Positions 9,175-16,744 of a stretch of DNA of 34,970 nt are shown one piece after another. Position 1 is the first letter of the stretch. Each line of letters begins with the position of its first letter. Location of the stretch: the NCBI GenBank assembly GCA_947303225.1, contig CAMYXG010000001.1:1-34970 (forward strand), in the 5' to 3' direction. Under the pieces are notes generated by a model. The model ran no database searches. It saw nothing but the letters and a program-made list of their open reading frames with translations, and was not told where the DNA came from. The translations under genes and the position numbers were made by a program. This DNA is from an uncultured Bacillales bacterium. GTDB taxonomy: Bacteria; Bacillota_I; Bacilli_A; RF39; UBA660.

Positions 9175-10023
9175 ATGAAGTTATTAATAGAAGTTTGTAA
9201 TAAAAAAACATTATCTTTTATATCTTCGGATGGAGTTATTTTACCTTTAGAGCATTATGCTGTTGAATCAACTGCTTTTTTTTCTTTGGATGAGATTGAA
9301 CAAATTTCTTTGAATTATTCTGGAGAAATTTTTGTTAAGATTAATCGAAATTTATGGAATCAAGATATTGAAAAGGTACGTGATATACTAATTCAGTTGA
9401 ATCAAATGAATATTACTGGAATTCTTTTTTATGATCTGGCTATTTTGGAATTAAAAAAGGAATTAGGATTATCTATTGATTTAGTTTGGAATCAGACTCA
9501 TATGGTTCATAATACTAGAACTTGTGATTATTATTACTCTAAAGGAGTTTCATATGCTATTTTAGGAAAAGAGCTTACTTTAGAAGAGATTCAGACTATT
9601 ATTAAAAATAGTAAAATTACTAGTATGGTTGAGGTTGTTAGTAGGCCTAGTATTGCTTTCTCTAAAAGAAAATTATTAACAAATTATGGAAAAGATTTAG
9701 GACATAAGGTTTCTAATGATATAGTAATTCAGGAAAAAGTCAGTCATAAGAATATTCGAGTTTTAGAAAATCATGATGGTACTAGTTTCTTTTTAGATAT
9801 GATTATGAATGGAACTAGTATTCTTTCTGAACTATATCAAGTAGGTTGTCCTTATATAATTATGAAAGAGTATGGACTAGAAGATTGTTTTTCAGAGTTG
9901 GTTTTGGATACAATGAATTATATTCATGATGGATGTCTTGATGATACTTATGTGAAAAAGTATAAGAAGTTGGGAGATTATACTAATTTCTTTTTTCAAA
10001 AAACAATTTATAGGGTGAAGTAA
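9175..10023 (+). CDS. Peptidase U32 family protein (YrrN-like)
   Basis: U32-like pattern: GILFYDLAILELKKELG, VWNQTHMVHN and ILGKELTLEEI. It is paired with the second U32 gene as in Bacillus yrrN/yrrO. Confidence 0.75.
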   Translation: MKLLIEVCNKKTLSFISSDGVILPLEHYAVESTAFFSLDEIEQISLNYSGEIFVKINRNLWNQDIEKVRDILIQLNQMNITGILFYDLAILELKKELGLSIDLVWNQTHMVHNTRTCDYYYSKGVSYAILGKELTLEEIQTIIKNSKITSMVEVVSRPSIAFSKRKLLTNYGKDLGHKVSNDIVIQEKVSHKNIRVLENHDGTSFFLDMIMNGTSILSELYQVGCPYIIMKEYGLEDCFSELVLDTMNYIHDGCLDDTYVKKYKKLGDYTNFFFQKTIYRVK

Positions 10024-10024
10024 A

Positions 10025-11212
10025 ATGAAAAAAATAGAATTATTGTCTCCTGCAGGAGACTTGGAACGCTTGAAAGTAACTCTTTTATATGGAGCTGATG
10101 CTGTTTATATTGGAGGAGAAAAGTATAATTTAAGAGCGAATGCTCATAATTTTACATTTGATGAGATAAGAGAGGGATGTCTTTTTGCTCATCAATTAGG
10201 AAAAAAGGTTCATTTAACATTAAACATTGTTTTTCATGATGAAGATATGGATGGGGTAGAAGATTATATTGAAAAAGTAGTAGATTGTGGAATTGATGCT
10301 TTTATTGTAAGTGATCCTTTCTTAATTTCTTATATTAAAAATCATTTTCCACAGGTTGAGGTGCATTTATCTACACAAAATTCTACTAGTAATTATAAAG
10401 CAATTGAATTTTTTGAAAAAGAAGGAGTTAACCGAGTAGTTTTAGCGCGTGAACTTTCTAAAGATGAAATATTTGAAATTATTCAAAAGGTATCTTGTGA
10501 TATTGAAGTCTTTATTCATGGGGCTATGTGTACTTGCTTTTCTGGACGTTGTGCATTGTCTAATTATGTCACAAATCGTGATGCGAATCGAGGAGGATGT
10601 GCGCAAGTTTGTAGATTTTCTTTTGATTGTGAGTATGAGAAAGATTTTACTATGGCTTTGAAAGATATCAATATGGCAGAGTATATAGGAGATTTAATTG
10701 AAATAGGAGTTAGAAGTTTAAAAGTAGAGGGTAGGATGAGATCTTTGTATTATCTTGCTACAGTAATTGGGACATATCGTGAGATTATTGATTTGTATTA
10801 TGATCATCTTCTTACTTCTGATAAAATGAAATTATTTCAAGAGAGACTTGATCGAGTTGCGAATCGAGAAACATCTACTCATTATTTTATGAAGGAAGCT
10901 GATGATACGGATCAATATTATACAGGAAGAGTAGAGGTATCTAATCAAGATTATTTAGGACAAGTTATTGATTATCAAGATGGGTTTATTCAGTTTTATG
11001 AGAGAAACTATTTTGAAGTTGGTGATCTTGTAGAGGTTTTTACACCTGAAGCAGAGCATATTTCTTTTGTAGTTGAGGATTTGTATAATGATAAAAAAGA
11101 ATCTGTTTCTGTAGCTAGACATCCTGATTCTATTTATTATATTAAGTTAGAGGGAGATTATGTTATACCAGAATATTCTATGATAAAAATTATCAAAAGA
11201 GGGGAGAAATAA
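10025..11212 (+). CDS. Peptidase U32 family protein (YrrO-like)
   Basis: ELLSPAG, GADAVYIGG, VHLSTQ, VLARELS and the Cys-rich signature EVFIHGAMCTCFSGRCALSNY. Confidence 0.9.
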   Translation: MKKIELLSPAGDLERLKVTLLYGADAVYIGGEKYNLRANAHNFTFDEIREGCLFAHQLGKKVHLTLNIVFHDEDMDGVEDYIEKVVDCGIDAFIVSDPFLISYIKNHFPQVEVHLSTQNSTSNYKAIEFFEKEGVNRVVLARELSKDEIFEIIQKVSCDIEVFIHGAMCTCFSGRCALSNYVTNRDANRGGCAQVCRFSFDCEYEKDFTMALKDINMAEYIGDLIEIGVRSLKVEGRMRSLYYLATVIGTYREIIDLYYDHLLTSDKMKLFQERLDRVANRETSTHYFMKEADDTDQYYTGRVEVSNQDYLGQVIDYQDGFIQFYERNYFEVGDLVEVFTPEAEHISFVVEDLYNDKKESVSVARHPDSIYYIKLEGDYVIPEYSMIKIIKRGEK

Positions 11213-11215
11213 GAT

Positions 11216-12334
11216 ATGGATGTGATTGAAGTTGCAAGAAAGCATTTTTTAGACAATGAAAAGCACTTGTCAAAATATGCTTGTAGGGATAGTGATGCAG
11301 TTCGCTTTCAGAAAGAGGATTTTGATATACGACCTAATTATTTCCATGATATTGATCGTATTATTCATTCTTTATCTTATACTCGTTATTTAGATAAAAC
11401 TCAAGTTTTTAGTAGAAGTGATAATGATCATATTAGTAAGAGAATTACTCATGTACAATTGGTTAGTAAAATTGCTAGGACAATAGGAAGAGCTCTTTCT
11501 TTAAATGAAGATTTATGTGAAGCAATTGCTTTAGGTCATGATATTGGACATACTCCCTTAGGTCATGTTGGAGAATCTATTTTAAACGAAATATCTTTAA
11601 GAGAATTAGGAGAATATTTTGTCCATAATATTCAAAGCGTTAGGCATTTAATGATTGTGGAAAATCATGGAAATGGTTTTAATTTATGTTTACAAGTATA
11701 TGATGGAATTATGTGTCATAATGGAGAAATGTTATCTCCAAAATATACTCCTGTTAAAAAAGATAAAGAAGAGTTTTTAAGAGAGTTTGAAGAATCTTAT
11801 CATGATTTAAAAAAATCAAATCAAAATCATCCTATGACATTGGAAGGCTGTGTAGTTCGAATTAGTGATATTATTGGATATATTGGAAGAGATATCGAAG
11901 ATGCTATTATGATTGGTAAGATTAAAAGAGAAGATTTACCAAAAGAAATTGTTACTGTTTTGGGTGATACGAATCGTGATATTGTGAATACTATTATCTT
12001 AGATATTATTGAGCATAGTATGAATCAACCTTATATTGAAATGAGTGATGATGTTTATCAAGCTTTGTTTGCTTTAAAGAAATTTAATTATGAAAATATT
12101 TATCAATATAGTGTCACTTCTGAAGAATTAGAATATTATAAGAATGGAATGAATAAAATATTTGATAGATATTTAGATGATATCAAAAATCATCGTAAAG
12201 ATAGTATTATATATCGTATTTTTTTAGATCAACAAAGTGATGATTATTTGAAGCATACTGGCGATAAGAGAAAGGTCATTGATTTTATAGCAGGTATGAC
12301 AGATGAATTGTTTTATAAAGAAATTGAACGATGA
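11216..12334 (+). CDS. HD-domain dGTP triphosphohydrolase-like protein
   Basis: HVQLVSKIARTIG...EAIALGHDIGHTPLGHVGE and DFIAGMTDE motifs, typical of the dGTPase-like HD family. Confidence 0.85.
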   Translation: MDVIEVARKHFLDNEKHLSKYACRDSDAVRFQKEDFDIRPNYFHDIDRIIHSLSYTRYLDKTQVFSRSDNDHISKRITHVQLVSKIARTIGRALSLNEDLCEAIALGHDIGHTPLGHVGESILNEISLRELGEYFVHNIQSVRHLMIVENHGNGFNLCLQVYDGIMCHNGEMLSPKYTPVKKDKEEFLREFEESYHDLKKSNQNHPMTLEGCVVRISDIIGYIGRDIEDAIMIGKIKREDLPKEIVTVLGDTNRDIVNTIILDIIEHSMNQPYIEMSDDVYQALFALKKFNYENIYQYSVTSEELEYYKNGMNKIFDRYLDDIKNHRKDSIIYRIFLDQQSDDYLKHTGDKRKVIDFIAGMTDELFYKEIER

Positions 12335-12338
12335 TTGT

Positions 12339-12367
12339 TTGCTTTTTTTATCATAATATGATATAAT
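12339..12367 (+). promoter_or_regulatory. Sigma-A-type promoter with an extended -10
   Basis: ttgctt (12339-12344), a 17-nt spacer, then TGaTATAAT (12359-12367). Confidence 0.5.
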
Positions 12368-12395
12368 ATGTCCACTTTTTTAGAAAGGAATTTAT

Positions 12396-13037
12396 TTGTC
12401 TATGAAAGATTATTCTTTAAATGAAAAAGAACAGCAAGATTTTATTTTGAACGTTTATCAACAGGACAATAATACTTATACGATAGTATTTGCGGATGGT
12501 CGAGTTTTTGAAAATGTTGAAGTTTGTGATGAAAATTTTGAGAAGTTAACTGTTGCTCAAGAAGAACAAGCTAAGCGTGGAATTCAAAATATTGATCATT
12601 TTCGTAAGGTTGCTACAAAATCAGGTATTATGACTGGATTTGTTGGAGCGCTACTTGCTGCTGGGAGTGTAGGAATTTATTCTATGCCGATTATGCAGTC
12701 ACAAGATCCGATTATCTTGGCTAGTAGTTTAGGAATGATTACGATTCTTGGAACGATTCCTGCATTTGCTAAGTTAAAAGAAGATTGTGACAGAGTTCAT
12801 GAACTAGAAAAATTGCAATATCGTGATCGACATCTTGACACTTTATCTAGTTATTCAGAATATCCAAATGCTTTATCTGGATTGAGTCGAGAGAAAAAAT
12901 CTATGATGGGATATTTTGAAGATCCTTTTCATATTATGAATATGGATTCTTTTAGTGAAGAAGATCTTCGTACAATTGTATCTAATATCAAGAAAGAAAA
13001 AGCTTATCAATTCGTTTATCGTAAATCAGAAAAATAA
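12396..13037 (+). CDS. Hypothetical membrane protein (two central TM segments)
   Basis: ORF with central hydrophobic segments GIMTGFVGALLAAGSVGIY and ILASSLGMITILGTIPAF. The start could be TTG 12396 or ATG 12402. No family recognised. Confidence 0.65.
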   Translation: MSMKDYSLNEKEQQDFILNVYQQDNNTYTIVFADGRVFENVEVCDENFEKLTVAQEEQAKRGIQNIDHFRKVATKSGIMTGFVGALLAAGSVGIYSMPIMQSQDPIILASSLGMITILGTIPAFAKLKEDCDRVHELEKLQYRDRHLDTLSSYSEYPNALSGLSREKKSMMGYFEDPFHIMNMDSFSEEDLRTIVSNIKKEKAYQFVYRKSEK

Positions 13038-13053
13038 TTCATATAATAGGATA

Positions 13054-13082
13054 TTGAAAAAATAAAAATAATATGTTATACT
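13054..13082 (+). promoter_or_regulatory. Sigma-A-type promoter for greA
   Basis: TTGAAA (13054-13059), a 17-nt spacer, then TGtTATACT (13074-13082). Confidence 0.55.
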
Positions 13083-13148
13083 ATGGCAAGTTGAGTCTAG
13101 TACTCAGGATAATAAAAAAATAATGTAAATAATTATGAGGTGATGAAA

Positions 13149-13619
13149 ATGGCAAATAAAAATACAGTTTATTTAACTCAAGAAGGATTAGATGATTTAA
13201 AGAAAGAATTAGATGATTTAATAAATGTAAGAAGGCCAGAAAATATACAAGCTATTAAAGAAGCTAGAAGTTTAGGAGACTTATCTGAAAATGCAGAATA
13301 TGATGCAGCTAGAAATGAACAGGCTCAAATTGAGGGAAGAATTAAACAATTAGAGAAGATGCTTGAAAATGTTTCTATTATTACAGAAGTTGCTACTGAT
13401 AAGGTAGGAATTGGTAATACCGTTTCTATTAAATACGTTGATGATGATGAAGAAGATGAGTATAAGATTGTTGGAAGTCAAGAAGCAGATCCATTTGAAA
13501 GTAAGATTTCTAATGAAAGTCCAATTGCTCAAGCATTGTTTGATCATAAAGTAGGAGATATTGTTACTGTTGATAGTCCAAATGGAAATTATGAAGTAGA
13601 AATAATTGAGATTAAATAA
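13149..13619 (+). CDS. greA: Transcription elongation factor GreA
   Basis: YLTQEGLDDLKKELDDL...RPENIQAIKEARSLGDLSENAEYDAARNEQAQIEGRIKQLE is the GreA coiled-coil signature. ATG 13149 lies 6 nt after gaggtg. Confidence 0.95.
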   Translation: MANKNTVYLTQEGLDDLKKELDDLINVRRPENIQAIKEARSLGDLSENAEYDAARNEQAQIEGRIKQLEKMLENVSIITEVATDKVGIGNTVSIKYVDDDEEDEYKIVGSQEADPFESKISNESPIAQALFDHKVGDIVTVDSPNGNYEVEIIEIK

Positions 13620-13649
13620 TATAATTCGACAGTTTTTTTAAAGATGGTT

Positions 13650-13681
13650 ACTTATTCTAATAGTAGAATAAGTTTTTTTTT
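13650..13681 (+). terminator. Rho-independent terminator of greA
   Basis: A perfect 10-bp stem acttattcta (13650-13659) pairs with tagaataagt (13664-13673), followed by a 9-T run. Confidence 0.8.
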
Positions 13682-13690
13682 GGAGGAAAA

Positions 13691-14128
13691 ATGAAGAAGA
13701 TTTTTATATTATTATTTAGTTGTTTCTTTTTAACTGGGTGTTTTTCTAAAACTATGGCTATGCCTAAAGATATATTAGAAGAAGCTATTCCTATTCGAGA
13801 GAATGATAGGATTGTAGGAATGAATTATATGATTACGATACCAAAGGATTATCCTTTGAAGAATCGTATCTCTACACATATTGTGGATTCTATTGTACAT
13901 TATAAAGATTTGGATAATCTTGAATCATTTCCAGTTTCTGTTCTATTAAAAAATGAAATGGATGATGATTTTGAATTGGTGGAGGTTTCTATTGAAAAGG
14001 AACAAATTGTTTTAAAAAGTTTTTCTTATGATCTACTATTTTATCATCATGAAGCAAAGTCATTTTCTTTTTTTGTTGATAATTCTTTAACAAAAGATTG
14101 TCAAGTTGTATTAAAACTCAATAAATGA
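13691..14128 (+). CDS. Putative lipoprotein
   Basis: Signal peptide with lipobox LLFSCFFLTGC (L-T-G-C). RBS ggagg upstream. No family recognised. Confidence 0.75.
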   Translation: MKKIFILLFSCFFLTGCFSKTMAMPKDILEEAIPIRENDRIVGMNYMITIPKDYPLKNRISTHIVDSIVHYKDLDNLESFPVSVLLKNEMDDDFELVEVSIEKEQIVLKSFSYDLLFYHHEAKSFSFFVDNSLTKDCQVVLKLNK

Positions 14129-14138
14129 GTTTTTTTTA
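14114..14138 (+). terminator. Weak AT-rich terminator
   Basis: Stem aaactca (14114-14120) pairs with tgagttt (14126-14132), followed by a T-run. Confidence 0.4.
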
Positions 14139-14145
14139 TTTTTTC

Positions 14146-14174
14146 TTTTCATTTTATTTAAGATGCGATATACT
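14146..14174 (+). promoter_or_regulatory. Candidate promoter of cassette A
   Basis: ttttca, a 17-nt spacer, then TATACT (14169-14174). Its layout and flanking bases resemble the candidate promoter at 20000-20028. Confidence 0.35.
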
Positions 14175-14210
14175 CTTATTAGGATGTAGGATTGTAATGT
14201 AGGAGGATAT

Positions 14211-15927
14211 ATGAAGAAAAAAGTGGTTGTATTGTTAGTTATTGCTTTTATTTTAGCATTGGTGTGGTTTTTAGTTTTATCTCCAATTTTTACTTTTCGT
14301 CAAAATGAAAAGATGGTGGAGAATGCTGCTAGGGAATATTTTGAATTAAATTCTAGAGAATTACCTACTGGGGAAAGAGTAAAGACAGTATCTTTAAAGA
14401 CATTGTATTATAATAAATTTTTGGAAAAAGATATTTATGTTCCTTTTCAAAGGAAGAACTGTTCCTTAGATGATAGTTGGGTAAAGGTAAAACGTGTAGA
14501 TGGAAAATATGAATATTATACCTATTTGGATTGTGGAATTATCAAGTCTTCTATTGATGCTAAGGGTCCAGAAATTCGTTTAAAGGGTAATACTACTATG
14601 TCTTTAAGCTTAGGAGAAGAATATCAAGAATTAGGAGTATCTAGTGTTGTAGATGATGTGGATGGTAATTTAAAGGTTGATGATGTTGTTATTAAGGGAA
14701 GTGTTGATACTTCTAAGATAGGAAATTATGAGATTACTTATACGGCTTTTGATCATTTAAGTAATAAAACAACTGTTACTAGAACTGTTCGTGTAGTTCA
14801 AAAGTTATATCAAACAGTGAAGAAGCAACTAAATGATTCTACGAATTATGTTGGGTATCCTGAAAATAATTATTTAAGACTTTCTAATATGCTTTTTCGT
14901 ATTTATGGTGTGGATGATAATAAGAATGTTATTATTGTTGCAGATGAAGATGTTACAAATGTTAATTATTCTAAAATAGATAAATGGTTAAAATACTATT
15001 ATGATCATTTAAATAAAAAGACAAAGAAAATGATTGTTCCATCAAAATATTGTAATATGACAATAGATGAGGCTAATCTTGGTACAAAAGAATGTAGTTC
15101 CTATACAAATAATAAAAAGGTATATATCCCTTCTGTAGTGGAAGTTAATAAAGCTCAGGGTACTGATAATAATTTTATGAAGACTAGAACTATGTCTTGG
15201 GTTTCTAATATGCAGGATGCGAAGAAAGCTTATTTAACAAGAGATGTTTTCTATTATTAAGCATATGGAAAGAGTTTTTTAGCTTATGATGCTGATGAGA
15301 ATTATGGAATTCGACCAATGATGGTAATTAAAGGTGGATCTCAAATTCAGAGTGGTGATGGTAGTTATGAAAAGCCTTATACTTTTGGAGATAGTAAGTC
15401 TGGTTCTGGTGGTTCTCTTCTTAAAGAACGCTCTACTGGAGAATACTTAGAGCTTAGTGGAATTTTATTCCGAATTATAGATGTGTGAAAATTCTGATAA
15501 AATAACATATGATCCAGCTGATAAAACGAGTGTAGCTTATTTTATTAATAATCGAATTAGTGAATATATTGATACTTCATTCTTTCAAAAGCATGAAATC
15601 GAAGTGCCAGTTTATAAAGATAAGATTATTTATGGTGAAGAAATTTCTAAGAAAAAGTATACTGTTTTGTTAGCAGCACCAGATATGTATGAAATGTTTA
15701 GTGCACAATCATCTACTTTACAAGGAAACATTTCTTTGTCTTATTGGTTAAGGAATACTTCTCAAGCAGAAAGAATAGGGGCTGCTGTATATGATGCTGG
15801 AGTACCTGTTAATGAGAAGATTAATTCTTTTGATCAGTATGGAATACGTGTTGAAGGATTTATTAAGGGTGATAGTGTAATTAACCGAGGAAATGGTACT
15901 CTAGCTTCACCTTATAAATTGAGATGA
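14211..15927 (+). pseudogene. Disrupted paralog of the membrane-anchored Ig-like/adhesin-like gene at 21626-23428
   Basis: ORFs 14211-15260 and 15481-15927 align with the N- and C-terminal parts of the 600-aa protein. An in-frame TAA at 15258-15260 is followed by 220 nt that still read through in the same frame (AYGKSFLAYDADENYGIRPMMVIKGG...GILFRIID). About 29 codons present in the paralog are then missing, and the frame shifts near 15480. Confidence 0.8.
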
Positions 15928-15946
15928 TGCTTTTGGGGGGATTACA

Positions 15947-16744
15947 TTGAGGTTTAAAACTAAATATTTAATTATTAGTTGCTTATTGATTATTTTTGTT
16001 GTTGGAATATCATTTCTATTATCAAAAGAGAAAAGTCATTATCAAATTGAATCTAGGTTGTCAAATGTTCTTGCTACTAAGATTGATGTAGATAATGGGT
16101 TCCATACAATTGGTTGGATTCGTGTTCAAGGTACTAATATTGATTATCCTATTATTCGGTCGGATGATGTACATGCAAATTTTCCAGTTCAATTAGAAAG
16201 TTTTTCATGGTCTTTAAATCATGATGATCAATATCATAATCATATCATCTTGATGGGACATAATATTTTTAATCTTTCTGCTACTCCAAAAAGTCATGAT
16301 GAGAGATTTCATCGCTTTGAAGAATTAATGAATTTTGTTTATTATGATTTTGTAAAGGATAATCAGTTTATTCAATTAACGATTGATGGGAAAGAGTATC
16401 TTTATAGAGTGTTTGCTGTTGGTTTTTTAAATGAATCAGATCTTTATAGTCTTCTTTCTCCTGATGATTATTCAAAAAAAGATTTGAATCAGTATTATCA
16501 ATTGATGGATGATATTAATATTTATAATTATGATGTTGATGTGAATGAGAATGATGATATTATTACTCTTTCTACTTGTACTCGTCTTTTTGGAGATGGT
16601 TATAAAACTGGATTTTATGTAAGCGGAAGATTATTAAGAAAGGAAGAATCTACTTATCTTTCTTCCGTAAGAAAAAGTAAAAAGTATCAAGAAGTTGAAA
16701 AGATTTGGAAGGGAGATGTAACAGATAATGAAGATTATGCATAA
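15947..16744 (+). CDS. Sortase-fold protein, class B-like, N-terminally membrane anchored (cassette A)
   Basis: GWIRVQGTNIDYPII, IILMGHNIF (catalytic His context), YLYRVFAV and IITLSTCTR (catalytic Cys context) parallel the S. aureus SrtB motifs GWIKLSGTSLNYPVL, ILYGHH and IMTLSTC. TTG start after a gggggg RBS. Confidence 0.7.
   Translation: MRFKTKYLIISCLLIIFVVGISFLLSKEKSHYQIESRLSNVLATKIDVDNGFHTIGWIRVQGTNIDYPIIRSDDVHANFPVQLESFSWSLNHDDQYHNHIILMGHNIFNLSATPKSHDERFHRFEELMNFVYYDFVKDNQFIQLTIDGKEYLYRVFAVGFLNESDLYSLLSPDDYSKKDLNQYYQLMDDINIYNYDVDVNENDDIITLSTCTRLFGDGYKTGFYVSGRLLRKEESTYLSSVRKSKKYQEVEKIWKGDVTDNEDYA

Noticed and set aside
13083-13135. A short hairpin (tgagt-ctagt-actca) in the greA leader, considered as a possible regulatory RNA or attenuator.
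   Set aside because: The stem is only 5 bp and is followed by an A-rich rather than a T-rich tract, so it is too weak to call from sequence alone.
14370-14384. A conserved LPTGE string (ELPTGERVKTV at about 14370-14384 in cassette A, DLPTGERVKTV at about 21785-21817 in cassette B), considered as a possible sortase recognition motif.
   Set aside because: It is LPTG rather than LPxTG. It lies about 25 residues after an N-terminal anchor rather than before a C-terminal hydrophobic and basic tail, so it does not meet the definition of a sorting signal. I keep it only as a remote possibility to test if the sortase-like enzymes prove active.
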